From Tubulanus polymorphus (lineage: Eukaryota; Animalia; Nemertea): DNA of 64,000 nt. The stretch spans positions 6,540,600 to 6,604,599 of the forward strand of contig NC_134036.1 of the NCBI RefSeq assembly GCF_964204645.1, in the 5' to 3' direction. The translations under genes were made by a program, and so were the position numbers. The notes under the pieces were generated by a model. That model was given only the letters and a program-made list of their open reading frames with translations, did no database searches and was not told the DNA's origin. Within the stretch, counting starts at the first letter, position 1. Each line of letters opens with the position of its first letter. Positions 39,172 through 52,783 of this stretch are shown one piece after another.

Positions 39172-39489
39172 ATGTCGGTTGGGTTGAAGTGTGGTCACTG
39201 CGGGGCTACGGTTTATAAAACACATACACTTGCCCCAGCTCCCAAGTCTAGTTGGGAAATACCGGCTCACCTAAGGGAGCCGCTGTGAGAATCGAACCCA
39301 CCCAGCATTAAAGGTACCACCACCGTCGGGGCTGTGGGACAGCCAGTGAGGGACTCGAACCCTCCACCCGGTGGATTAACCGATAGCGATACGTCTTTCT
39401 GGGATCAGGGGGATTTTAGTTTGTGCGCTATCCCTGATCACAACATATTGGTAGCCGACAGGTCGCGGGTATACGGCTACTTTGAGTGA
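39172..39489 (+). pseudogene. Paralog of the CxxCG/WDSNPP ORF with one internal TGA
   Basis: MSVGLKCGHCGATVYK...WEIPAHLREPL*ESNPP...; TGA at 39286 where paralogs have TGG. Confidence 0.6.
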
Positions 39490-39625
39490 CTTTGAGGGAT
39501 TCTAGATTGCTTAACACTTGATGATCATACATTTTCTTTCTATTAATATTATTATCAATTGTTTATGTCGGGCCGATAACGGTAAGGGTAACAACCAAAC
39601 GCCGTAGCGCTGGTTATTTGGGTGC

Positions 39626-41278
39626 TGTTGTGGTGTTGAATTTTGAGGTTGTCCGCTTCTGTTGTGATCTCTACCACTGTTATGGTTGCGTTTCTCTATC
39701 AGCGATGTCGTGCAGGATCTGTCTTAAGGCCAGGTCTTTCTTCCCAGTTCTTGACTTTGGCTCCCGTATATAACTTAACTACTTCTTAAATTATATATTC
39801 GTTTATTATCTCTTAACTCGTTGTTTACAGATTCTTCCCCGGAGCTCAACTCCCGTGCTTACTAAAAACCCCCTTATTTATCTAACTTTCTCTTGTATAA
39901 CCGGTGCAGGAGCTCTTCTATACATGGCTTGGAATTCATTGCTTGTGATGTATTTATACGTCACAACATTCCTCCCTATTTATATAACTTTAACGTGTGC
40001 AGGTCCTCTTCCACACATGGCTTGGAATTCATTGCTTGTGACGTATTTATACGTCACAACATTCCTTCCATCCATGTATGGGCGCTGACGTATCTGCACA
40101 CGTCATAATTTTCTATAAATATATTTCCGCACTCAACGGAGCGCATAACCGGACCATATTAGCTCTTCCTACGTTGACACATACGTCACTTCCAGACTTG
40201 TTTATTTATATAATTTCTATTTATGTTCATGTACGACGTACATATCCAGGCAGGTTGTCTGGTAACTGTACTGCTGGCCATGAACTCCCGCTTCTGTATA
40301 TTACTTGTTGATTTTGTTTAAATGCTGACAACTGAAACCTACTAATGTGTTTCCTAAAGGCTTGTTGATATAATTTCATAGATCTACTTGGAAGCTAATA
40401 TTTTCATTAATTATTTCATCAAAGTCTCCATAATATATCCCCCGGCCCAGGTCGTTTGCCCTCAAACGACAAAATTAATGCAGTCCGAATTTTCAGAAGA
40501 CCCCTAAAATTGATGTCAAAACGCCAGGTATCAGCTGCCAACACCAAACATCATCAGTACACAATAAACGAATACAACATCCATTTTCTCTTGAACTCAA
40601 CCGTAAAGCAATAAAACATAATGTCATTTTCCTCAACACAATCTCTGCTAAAAATATACATACTCATAACCAAGAAGTACGACCCAAAAAATCTTTTAGT
40701 CAGTATAACACACAATTCTTCATCCAACGAACACGCAATTTTTACACTTAAAGGATTTACTATGAATTCCGTTGACTTCTTCGGTAAGCAACAATATATC
40801 TCTTCTTTTTAAGTTCTAAAGTCCTATCTCTATACCTTTATTTCTAACTCTTTTTTCAATACAATATGTATCTTGAATCCATCATTTATTTTATTCCTCT
40901 TCTTTTTTCTTTTTTTTTTTTTTATTTTAGCCTATTTGGTACTGAATATGCTGTACGGCTTCATTGCCGCCCAGCCTGGTAAGACCAATAAACTATGTAC
41001 TAACATCATTCATTATTTACTGATATCAATTTTACAAGTTTATTTTTTTTTTTTTTCTTAACCATTGGGTAACAATATTATTTTCAATTTAGGTAACCGA
41101 TATCGGTTACTGGCAATTATACTGAGGGCAATCAATGACAGTAGTGCATCGGATCCAGGTATAGAACTTAACTAATATTGATTTATTCATTTACTGATTT
41201 TTTTTTTTTTTTCTTTTTTTCACTTGCCAATTCGTAACAGTTCGCTTAATAATAATATTTACAATTTTTAACATAATT
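39626..41278 (-). mobile_element. LTR family C fragment: 3' LTR 39626-40437, PPT, antisense gene exons 1-3
   Basis: Same tgttgtgg terminus as family B, diverged U3 homology (caggttgtctg...gaactcc), PPT at 40438. Confidence 0.7.
40762..41158 (+). pseudogene. Micro-exon antisense gene, subtype C (exons 1-3 only)
   Basis: Exons 40762-40783, 40931-40978, 41093-41158 give MNSVDFFAYLVLNMLYGFIAAQPGNRYRLLAIILRAINDSSASDP. Confidence 0.7.
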
Positions 41279-41717
41279 ATAGTGCCCCACCCCGAAAGAG
41301 GTGTCTCGTTGCGGTGCGCTTGACACCCGCAGCTCCGACATCAATAGCTGCAGCACGGTCACCTTCTAGGGACAATAGTGGGACTCCGTATTCCCGGCTA
41401 ACGGACTTTGAGTTACAAGACTGATATGTTGTAAATTCCCTCATTTCATTCTCTCATACAAAGCTCATTTCACTTCCACCATCTGGTAGAACCTATCGGC
41501 CAGCAGTCCACGTAAGGCTAAATTAGCTAAGAAATAGCATACTGCTGAGCGGTAGAGTTCTACTTCAGATATAGACCCTTTCCTCTCTCGCCACTCTCCC
41601 ACCTGCACTCACGCGGTACACCAATAAATTCCCATTTTTCTCTCTGTAATATTTGGACTTCTATTCAGTGGATTTTGGACATATATAGTTTTTCTGGCTT
41701 CAGGTAGCTTTATATCA

Positions 41718-42309
41718 AAATGTTAAAACTAGCTGTCTGAAGTTTCTGTTGCATGTATGCGCTCGTTGGTAATTCACAGACAATAGCTGCTCTCTCAACA
41801 ACGACTAGCAAGGAGTGAGTAAATCACAACGCGTCATGACAGGAGGGTCGGAAGAAAAAGTTTATATCAGCAAAACAGTTTCTAAAAAACCTTTAGATCA
41901 GCAAATCAGTAGGGCTAAATTTTCCGTAACTAAGTACGGTCATGACAGTTGGGTAGCTGCTCCTTGCCAAAAAGCGGAAGACCCTGCGTGGGAGAATCGG
42001 AATTCTGAGAATGCCGGTTCTTTCTACAAAAGGGGGCCGCTATCGAGAGAGAGGGCAGAATCTGTACCTTAGTAAGACGAGTGTCGACAGCAGGACAGGA
42101 GAAGCTTCGGAACGATAGGGATTCATATACAATAGGGATTAGGGAAATCATTCTTTGTTCAAGGTAAATAAAATATATTATCTTCAAGATTATCATCCGG
42201 TATTTCAATTTATTCATTCGGATTAGTGCACGGACACGTTATCTCGCCAAGGCCTTACTCAAGTATTTTATAGATAACGATTAAAGAGAGGATTGTGACC
42301 GGCGTATCA
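41718..42309 (+). mobile_element. 3' half of an LTR, family A (duplicate at ~51508-52100)
   Basis: Near-identical to ~37770-38362. Confidence 0.85.
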
Positions 42310-42310
42310 G

Positions 42311-42992
42311 TAAAATCAGTTTGTAAGGGGGAGATGACTGAGGTTACAGTGCAATCAGTCTGCAAGAAGAGATGACTGAGGGTACAGTACAATCAGTCTG
42401 CAAGAAGAGATGACTGAGGATACAGCACAATCAGTCTGCAAGGGGAGATGACTGAGGGTACAGCACAATCAGTCTGCAAGGGGAGATGACTGAGGGTACA
42501 GTACAATCAGTTTGTAAGGGGATATCACTGAGGGTACAGTACAATCAGTCTGCAAGGAGAGATGACTGAGGGTACAGTACAATCAGTATGCTAGGGGAGA
42601 TGACTGAGGGTACAGTACAATCAGTCTGTAAGGGGAGATGACTGAGGGTACAGTACAATCAGTATGCTAGGGGATATCACTGAGGGTACAGTACAATCAG
42701 TCTGTAAGGGGAGATGACTGAGGGTACAGCACAATCAGTCTGCAAGGGGAGATGACTGAGTGTACAGCACAATCAGTCTACAAGGGGAGATGACTGAGGG
42801 TAAAGTACAACCAGTCTGTAAGGGGAGATGACTGATGGTACAGTACAATCATTCTGCAAGGAAAGATGACTGAGGGTACAGTACAATCAGTCTCCAAGGG
42901 GAGATGACTGAGGGTACAGTACAATCATTTTGTGACGGGATATCACTGAGGGTCCAGTACAATAAGTCTGTAAGGGGAGATGACTAAGGGTA
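42311..42992. repeat. 38-bp minisatellite array
   Basis: Same unit as 32191-32941. Confidence 0.97.
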
Positions 42993-45703
42993 TGTTGTGG
43001 GGGTCCTTTTCCCAGTGTTAGGTGTCGTGTGTTGACCACCTGTGTTGTTTGCGTTTCACCAGCGTAGTTCCTTGGGGTTCTTCTCATAAAATAACTACAA
43101 CTAGCTTTCTTCTACCGATCCAGATCTTTATTCTTTATACTCTCTTCTTAAAATCATTTTAGCACGTCCCCTCTAGTTCTAACCACTAGCTCAACCGACC
43201 TAGCTCTACCGAACCAGCTTTTATCGACCAAACTCCATTAAAACCCTTCCCTTTTATACTTATTCTTCCTTCGCTCGTGACGTATATTTCCACACCGATT
43301 GGCATCATAGCCTGTGACGTATTATCGTATTACTACAGTTCTACTGGCCATGTAAATCATTTCTACGTGTGTTATACGTCACGAGCGCTAAATTTATAAC
43401 TCAACTTTCTAGAGCTCAAGGCTGCTGCTATAACAAGCTTTCCCACGTAAATACCTACGTCACTCTCACCTATCTTCTATGCTTCTCTCTTATGTGTGAC
43501 GTAAGTATTCACGTAGGTTGCCTGCTAACCGCAACTACTGCCTTGAACTCTGGCGTATTTTCCTGTTGTCTAAATAGGTAATTTATTACTCCAATACTAC
43601 TCCCCTTTCCAGACGATTGGACCGCCAATCGCCAAAACAAAATACTGAGGCCCGTTTGCATTTCCAAAGATTTTTGTTCAAAGATTTTTTTTGTTAAAAG
43701 AGCCGCATCCAGCAAAATTGCAAAATCAGTACCCCTTACTTTCATGAACAATTTTTTTTTTCTAACAACTTCTTTCACCTCTTGAACTTTACCGTAAGGT
43801 AATAAAAAATGGTGCTTCAAGATAAATGATATAACAATCTTGCAACTGATGCACGTAAATTTTCAACATCTGGATGGTAGAGAGAGAAAAGAAAACGCAT
43901 TTATTTTTTTTTCTTCTGACCAGCAACAATAACAGTACACCTGGCCAGAAAGTCAACCTTGATACTGAGTAAAATCCCCATCTCTTAGACATTTTACTTC
44001 CATCCGCCATATAGACTAAACCATCATCACCATCCGGATTAGCATTTACAATGGACCCAATAGAGTTTTTCGGTAAGCAACTTATTTTAGATACTTTAAA
44101 CTAACACACCAATCATTTTGTACAGTTTTATCGTTACATGCGATAATACATTATGCGCCACTCTTGCAATTTGTTATTTTAAACGGTCACATCGACCCTG
44201 ATAAGATCTATCAACCCATGCGTTACTTCTAAAAATGTGAACAATATAATATCAGAAAAACCTTGAATTTTAACAATATTAGTCATGTAACTATAATTAT
44301 TAATCGTAAATACGTTAATTGCACCTCAGTCCATTCCATTACCGTTGTATTATAATATGCAACAATACTTTTATATACACTATTCTTTTTTCCATTGTAT
44401 ATGTTAATCAGCATTACCAAGGTACTGTACGGCAACGTACTAATACTGTGCTTCAAAGCATGAAGTATATAAAATTAGAAACCTCAAAATTAAAAACATA
44501 TATATCCCATTCTGTCATATTGTTTTTTTCATATCAGCCTCACTGGTCCTACACATGCTGTATGGCTTTATACTAGCGCAGCCCGGTAAGACTTTTTAAT
44601 TCATTTTATGTACTAAAAAAACAATTTATAATTGCTTTTCTAACATACTTTTGTAACGCAGGCGATCGACAGCAATTATTAAATATAATTCGGGCTGCCA
44701 CTACAGACTTACGCGCCGCTTTTTCAGGTATACATTCTATATATCTTTTTTTTATAACTATAGTTCATACGTATTTATTTATTCATTTCTTATATCATTA
44801 GTTATATGTTCTAATTCTAATAATTATACAATCGCAACGCCACGAACACACTTCCATATGTAACCTGTACATACATTGTTCAATTACTTAGGGCTCTCAG
44901 TTCCATTCACCCCTCCCCCAACACGAGGGCAAAATACGGCGCGGCAAAGGGGTACGGGAAGGGGGCAACGAAGCGGCGGCACCCTCCGCATGAACCTTTA
45001 TTCCCGTCGCACTAACGCGCCCACACACCGGAGCGTGGACCCCTCACCCTCCGGTCTGGGGCCACAATCTCTACCCCATAACCGCATGTCCCCATCCCCC
45101 AGTACCTCTTCTCCCAATCCAACTCTCTTCCTCGACCTCTCCCAGCACCCCCTCCTATCACTTGGAGTTCCCGATTCCCCTCCTGTACCTGATTCCCCTT
45201 TTTACCTGATTCCCATTCCAGATATCCCATTCTTCACATCCCTGATACCCTGCCAGCCCTTCTGCTAGCAGCACCTCTAGTTCTAACCACTAGCTCAACC
45301 GACCTAGCTCTACCGACCCAGCTTTTTCGACCACACTGCATTAAAACCCTCCCTTTTTATACTTATTCTTCCTTCGCTCGTTCCTTCGCTTATATTTCCA
45401 CACCGCTTGGCATCATAGCCAGTCACGTATTACCATATTAATACAGTTCTACTGGCTATGTAAATCATTTCTACGTGTGTTATACGTCACGAGCGCTAAA
45501 CTTATAACTCAACTTTCTAGAGCTCAAGGCTGCTGCTATAACAAGCTTTCCCACGTAGATACCTACGTCACTCTCACCTATCTTCTATGCTTCTCTCTTA
45601 TGTGTGACGTAAGTATTCACGTAGGTTGCCTGCTAACCGCAACTACTGCCTTGAACTCCGGCTTATTTTCCCGTTGTCTAAATAGGTAATTTATTACTCC
45701 AAT
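42993..45703 (-). mobile_element. Family B LTR element with 4-bp TSD, inserted in the minisatellite
   Basis: ggta on both flanks (42989-42992, 45704-45707); the right LTR end appears a few nt short. Confidence 0.8.
44051..45268 (+). CDS. Micro-exon antisense gene, subtype B (late frameshift relative to the 33984 copy)
   Basis: Exons 44051-44072, 44538-44585, 44662-44727, 44892-45268. Confidence 0.6.
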
Positions 45704-45733
45704 GGTACAGTACAAACAGTCTGCAAAGGGAGA

Positions 45734-46424
45734 TGTCATGATCGCAGTTCTGACATTTTGAATTTATTTTGATATTTGAAATTATTAACTTATAGTTGGA
45801 ATTATTAACTTCATTTCAATTGAATTATAATTATGATAAAGCATCTTTTGGAATTAATATCATTGATATCAACAGTAAGTAATAGTATTATGGATGCAAC
45901 CCTTCTTACTATCCTCACAGGTAAAGTTCAAATGAACTGCTGTGTCCAAGTACTGTTAACCTGTTGATATCAGTACAGTTTGAACAAACAACCGGACATG
46001 GTCCAGTAATTAAAGATTCCAGGGTTTTGAAGGGATGCCAGTTTCTGAGCTGCAAAATCATGATATCATTCCTAAGCTTTCCTCCACTAAAATCACTAGT
46101 TAAAATCACGTGACCCTTGGTCATGTGATATTTGGGTATAAAATACCCCCGCACTTAACTTGCGGGGTTGGTTTCGTTTGGATTTTTGGAAAAGCCAACG
46201 CTTGTATTTAAAACAAATTTTCACTATCTGCAGTTAGTTTTATTACCGTAACTGTACGCAAAATTAAATAATAAACTTCAACTTGATATGATATGACTGT
46301 GAAAAGGATTTTACACTATACGACGAAATAAATGACTTCTAACACGGAAAGTGAACATCTTAAGACTTTGTTCGTGATCACGCGAAGACTCGTGCGACGC
46401 GCATTGATTCACGGTATCATCACA
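45734..46424 (+). mobile_element. Solo LTR, family E, 691 bp
   Basis: tgtcatgat...atcatcaca ends, 4-bp TSD gaga, internal TATA and AATAAA. Absent from duplication unit 2. Confidence 0.85.
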
Positions 46425-48380
46425 GAGATGACTGAGGTACTGTACAATCAGTCTGTAAGGGAAGATGACTGATGATACAGTACAATCTGTCTGTAAGGTA
46501 AGATGACTGAGGGTACAGTACAATCAGTCTGCAAGGAGAGATGACTGAGGCTACAGTACAATCAGTCTGTAAGGGAGGATGACTGATGGTGCAGTACAAT
46601 CAGTCTGTAAGGGAAGATGACTGAGGGTACAGTACAATCAGTCTGTAAGGGAAGATGACTGAGGGTACAGTACAATCAGTCTGTGAGGGAAGATGACTGA
46701 GGTACAGTACAATAAGTCTGTAAGGGAAGATGACTGAGGGTACAGTACAATCAGTCTGTAAGGGGAGATGACTGAGGTGAACTCAACCGTAAAGCAATAA
46801 AGCATAATGTCATCTTCATCAGCATATCTCTGCTAAAAATATACCTATTTATATATAATAAATACGATTCCCAATCTTTAGTTAGTAAAACACACAAGTT
46901 CACATCTAAAGGATTCAGTATACACACAATTTTACATCTGAAGGATTCAGTATAACACACAATTTTACATCTGAAGGATTTATCATGAATTCCGTAGAAT
47001 TTTTCGGTAAGCAACAATATATACATATTTTTTTTAAAGTTCTATCTCTATACTTTTAACTTCTAAACTCTTTATTCATTACAATATGTATCTTGAATCT
47101 ATTTTGTCTCCAATTCAGCGTATTTGGTATTAAACATGCTCTATGGCTTCATCGCCGCCCAGCCCAGTACAATCAGTCTGCAAAGGCAAGATGACTGAGG
47201 GTACAGTACAATCAGTCTGCAAGGGGAGATGACTGAGGGTACAGTACAGTCTGCAAGGGGAGATGACTGAGGGTACAGTACAATCAGTCGGTAAGGGGAG
47301 ATGACTGAGGGTATAGTACAGTCTGCAAGGGGAGATGACTGAGGGTAAAGTACAATCAGTCTGCAAGGGGAGATGACTGAGGGTATAGTACAACCAGTCT
47401 GCAAGGGGAGATGACTGAGGGTACAGTACAATCAGTATGCAAGGGGAGATGACTGAGGGTACAGTACAATCAGTCTACAAGGGGAGATGACTGAGGGTAC
47501 AGTACAATCAGTATGCAAGGAGAGATGACTGAGGGTACAGTACAATCAGTCTGCAAGGGGAGATGACTGAGGGTACAGTACAATCAGTTTTTAAGGGGAG
47601 ATGACTGAGGGTACAGTACAATCAGTTTGTAAGGGGAGATGACTGAGGGTACAGTACAGTACAGTCTGCAAGGAGAGATGACTGAGGGTACAGTACAACC
47701 AGTCTGCAAGGGGAGATGACTGAGGGTATAGTACAACTAGTCTGCAAGGGGAGATGACTGAGGGTACAGTACAATCAGTTTGTAAGGGGAGATGACTGAG
47801 GGTACAGTACAATCAGTCTGCAAGGGGAGATGACTGAGGGTACAGTACAGTCTGCAAGGGGAGATGACTGAGGGTACAGTACAATCAGTATGCAAGGAGA
47901 GATAACTGAGGGTACGGTACAATAAGTATGTAAGGAGAGATGACTGAGGGTACAGTACAATCAGTTTGTAAGAGGAGATGACTGAGGGTACAGTGCGATC
48001 AGTCTGCAAGGAGAGGTGATTGAGGGTACAGTACAACCAGTCTGTATGGTGAGAGGACTGAGGGTACACTACAATCAGTCTGCAAGGAGAGAGGACTGAG
48101 GGTACAGTACAGTCAGTATGCAAGGAGAGATGACTGAGGGTACAGTACAATCAGTTTGTAAGAGGAGATGACTGAGGGTACAGTACGATCAGTCTGCAAG
48201 GGGAGATGACTGAGGGTACAGCACAATCAGTAAGCAAGGAGAGATGACTGAGGGTACTGTACAATCAGTATGCAAGGAGAGATGACTGAGGGTACAGTAC
48301 AATCAGTTTGTAAGAGGAGATGACTGAGGGTATAGTACGATCAGTCTGCAAGGAGAGGTGATTGAGGGTACAGTACAATC
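46425..48380. repeat. 38-bp minisatellite arrays flanking an embedded gene fragment (46779-47165)
   Basis: Same unit; interrupted by unique-looking sequence. Confidence 0.95.
46985..47165 (+). pseudogene. Micro-exon gene fragment (exons 1-2); duplicate at 57519-57703
   Basis: MNSVEFF|AYLVLNMLYGFIAAQP, cut by the minisatellite at the exon-2 donor. Confidence 0.7.
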
Positions 48381-50547
48381 GATTGGGAGGTGATATTCAG
48401 GACCTTGTTTAGAGAGTTTTGTTTCCAACAGGAGTGTAGGTTAGGGATCGTTTAAAGAGTTAGGATCTGGATTTTATATTCTAAAATGTTTTCCGACTTG
48501 GAATAATAGGACTTATTATCAATTTTAACCCAGTATTAAGTATTCATCCTCCACGGATTTATGCTAAGTTGGAGGAATGGACTAATTAGTGCTGTCGGAG
48601 TACAGAGAATTTAATGATTTATATTTTTTCTCCACTCCTAGAACCAAGAGATTTGTCAGAACTTGTATTATGCTGGATCACAGTTGAAGTAAAACTTTTG
48701 CTGTATACTGTACTTTCTTTCAAATCGAAAAGTTCTCTATTTGTATATCATCAGTGGAAAGAACATAGTTTCCATTTCTTTTTAATGAATCGAATTTACG
48801 ATAACTGGTGGTATTCGATTGCTACTCGTCATAGAATATCTACAACAGAATATATACAACATTGGATGGATTGACCATTGATGTTTCAAACACGTTGACG
48901 ACAGTAGTCGCGGTGTTATTGCGTGTGACCAATAGAAATATTGGAACTGGACGTTTCTAATATTTTCTTGCTCCGTTTCGCGGGAACTTTTTTCCTAATT
49001 TTGCGTAAGACGTTGGTGATTTCTACGAGACTACATTTCTACATTTCCACACAGTTTTTCGACTACGGGACTGAATAAATTAATGATTATTTGTAATACA
49101 CAAAACCAGATATGCAGAATAGATAAGTATTGTTATCATTTTTTTGGTTTCAGTGAATCTTGGTTAGGTTATGGTTGGGTAGTGTTTTTTTTTTAAATTT
49201 TGGTTTGTCAGTCTAAAGCAAAATTTGAATGATATCTGCTATAGATTCTTATAGTTATACGAGAATTTCTTTTAATTCTAATGCATGAGTAAATTGTATA
49301 ATCATTTCATTGTTTGATTTTGATTTAGTTGGTTTGACGTAGTTAACGAGGATTCAAATTTCTTTTGTTCCCAAGGCGCACGTTGGCCAATAACATTCCG
49401 GCACGTTGGCCGTGTTGTGGAGTTGAATTTTGAGGTTGTCCGCTTCTGTTGTGATCTCTACCACTGTTATGGTTGCGTTTCTCTACCAGCGATGTCGTGC
49501 AGGATCTGTCTTTAGGCCAGGTCTTCTTCCCAGTTCTTGACTTTGGCTCCCGTATATAACTTAACTACTTCTTAAATTATATATTCGTTTATTATCTCTT
49601 AACTCGTTGTTTACAGATTCTTCCCCGGAGCTCAACTCCCGTGCTTACTAAAAACCCCCTTATTTATCTAACTTTCTCTTGTATAACCGGTGCAGGAGCT
49701 CTTCTATACATGGCTTGGAATTCATTGCTTGTGATGTATTTATACGTCACAACATTCCTCCCTATTTATATAACTTTAACGTGTGCAGGTCCTCTTCCAC
49801 ACATGGCTTGGAATTCATTGCTTGTGACGTATTTATACGTCACAACATTCCTTCCATCCATGTATGGGCGCTGACGTATCTGCACACGTCATAATTTTCT
49901 ATAAATATATTTCCGCACTCAACGGAGCGCATAACCGGACCATATTAGCTCTTCCTACGTTGACACATACGTCACTTCCAGACTTGTTTATTTATATAAT
50001 TTCTATTTATGTTTATGTACGACGTACATATCCAGGCAGGTTGTCTGGTAACTGCACTGCTGGCCATGAACTCCCGCTTCTGTATATTACTTGTTGATTT
50101 TGTTTAAATGCTGACAACTGAAACCTACTAATGTGTTTCCTAAAGGCTTGTTGATATAATTTCATAGATCTACTTGGAAGCTAATATTTTCATTAATTAT
50201 TTCATCAAAGTCTCCATAATATATCCCCCGGCCCAGGTCGTTTGCCCTCAAACGACAAAATTAATGCAGTCCGAATTTTCAGAAGACCCCTAAAATTGAT
50301 GTCAAAACGCCAGGTATCAGCTGCCAACACCAAACATCATCAGTACACAATAAACGAATACAACATCCATTTTCTCTTGAACTCAACCGTAAAGCAATAA
50401 AACATAATGTCATTTTCCTCAACACAATCTCTGCTAAAAATATACATACTCATAACCAAGAAGTACGACCCCAAAAATCTTTTAGTCAGTATAACACACA
50501 ATTCTTCATCCAACGAACACGCAATTTTTACACTTAAAGGATTTACT

Positions 50548-50938
50548 ATGAATTCCGTTGACTTCTTCGGTAAGCAACAATATATCTCTTCTTTTTAAGT
50601 TCTAAAGTCCTATCTCTATACCTTTATTTCTAACTCTTTTTTCAATACAATATGTATCTTGAATCCATCATTTATTTCTTCTTTTTTCTTTTTTTTTTTT
50701 TTTATTTTAGCCTATTTGGTACTGAATATGCTGTACGGCTTCATTGCCGCCCAGCCTGGTAAGACCAATAAACTATGTACTAACATCATTCATTATTTAC
50801 TGATATCAATTTTACAAGTTTAATTTTTTTTTTTTTCCTAACCATTGGGTAACAATATTATTTTCAATTTAGGTAACCGATATCGGTTACTGGCAATTAT
50901 ACTGAGGGCAATCAATGACAGTAGTGCATCGGATCCAG
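50548..50938 (+). pseudogene. Micro-exon gene, subtype C, duplicate (exons 1-3)
   Basis: Exons match those of 40762-41158. Confidence 0.7.
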
Positions 50939-52101
50939 GTATAGAACTTAACTAATATTAACTAATATTGATTTATTCATTTACTGATTTTTTTTTTTTT
51001 TTTTTTTTTTTCACTTGCCAATTCGTAACAGTTCGCTTAATAATAATATTTACAATTTTTATCATAATTATAGTGCCCCACCCCGAAAGAGGTGTCTCGT
51101 TGCGGTGCGCTTGACACCCGCAGCTCCGACATCAATAGCTGCAGCACGGTCACCTTCTAGGGACAATAGTGGGACTCCGTATTCCCGGCTAACGGACTTT
51201 GAGTTACAAGACTGATATGTTGTAAATTCCCAAATTTCATTCTCTCATACAAAGCTCATTTCACTTCCACCATCTGGTAGAACCTATCGGCCAGCAGTCC
51301 ACGTAAGGCTAAATTAGCTAAGAAATAGCATACTGCTGAGCGGTAGAGTTCTACTTCAGATATAGACCCTTTCCTCTCGCGCCACTCTCCCACCTGCACT
51401 CACGCGGTACACCAATAAATTCCCATTTTTCTCTCTGTAATATTTGGACTTCTATTCAGTGGATTTTGGACATATATAGTTTTTCTGGCTTCAGGTAGCT
51501 TTATATCAAAATTTTAAAACTAGCTGTCTGAAGTTTCTGTTGCATGTATGCGCTCGTTGGTAATTCACAGACAATAGCTGCTCTCTCAACAACGACTAGC
51601 AAGGAGTGAGTAAATCACAACGCGTCATGACAGGAGGGTCGGAAGAAAAAGTTTATATCAGCAAAACAGTTTCTAAAAAACCTTTAGATCAGCAAATCAG
51701 TAGGGCTAAATTTTCTGTAACTAAGTACGGTCATGACAGTTGGGTAGCTGCTCCTTGCCAAAAAGCGGAAGACCCTGCGTGGGAGAATCGGAATTCCGAG
51801 AATGCCGGTTCTTTCTACAAAAGGGGGCCGCTATCGAGAGAGAGGGCAGAATCTGTACCTTAGTAAGACGAGTGTCGACAGCAGGACAGGAGAAGCTTCG
51901 GAACGATAGGGATTCACATACAATAGGGATTAGGGAAATCATTCTTTGTTCAAGGTAAATAAAATATATTATCTTCAAGATTATCATCCGGTATTTCAAT
52001 TTATTCATTCGGATTAGTGCACGGACACGTTATCTCGCCAGGGCCTTACTCAAGTATTTTATAGATAACGATTAAAGAGAGGATTGTGACCGGCGTATCA
52101 G

Positions 52102-52783
52102 TAAAATCAGTTTGTAAGGGGGAGATGACTGAGGTTACAGTGCAATCAGTCTGCAAGAAGAGATGACTGAGGGTACAGTACAATCAGTCTGCAAGAAGAG
52201 ATGACTGAGGATACAGCACAATCAGTCTGCAAGGGGAGATGACTGAGGGTACAGCACAATCAGTCTGCAAGGGGAGATGACTGAGGGTACAGTACAATCA
52301 GTTTGTAAGGGGATATCACTGAGGGTACAGTACAATCAGTCTGCAAGGAGAGATGACTGAGGGTACAGTACAATCAGTATGCTAGGGGAGATGACTGAGG
52401 GTACAGTACAATCAGTCTGTAAGGGGAGATGACTGAGGGTACAGTACAATCAGTATGCTAGGGGATATCACTGAGGGTACAGTACAATCAGTCTGTAAGG
52501 GGAGATGACTGAGGGTACAGCACAATCAGTCTGCAAGGGGAGATGACTGAGTGTACAGCACAATCAGTCTACAAGGGGAGATGACTGAGGGTAAAGTACA
52601 ACCAGTCTGTAAGGGGAGATGACTGATGGTACAGTACAATCATTCTGCAAGGAAAGATGACTGAGGGTACAGTACAATCAGTCTGCAAGGGGAGATGACT
52701 GAGGGTACAGTACAATCATTTTGTGACGGGATATCACTGAGGGTCCAGTACAATAAGTCTGTAAGGGGAGATGACTAAGGGTA
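52102..52783. repeat. 38-bp minisatellite array
   Basis: Duplicate of 42311-42992. Confidence 0.97.

Noticed and set aside
39286-39288. TGA as selenocysteine or recoded Trp (also 8988)
   Set aside because: Both are most simply TGG->TGA point mutations in decaying elements; no SECIS seen.
47130-48150. Many MYCTLSHL... ORFs on the minus strand
   Set aside because: They are translations of the minisatellite; the 38-nt period shifts frame every unit.
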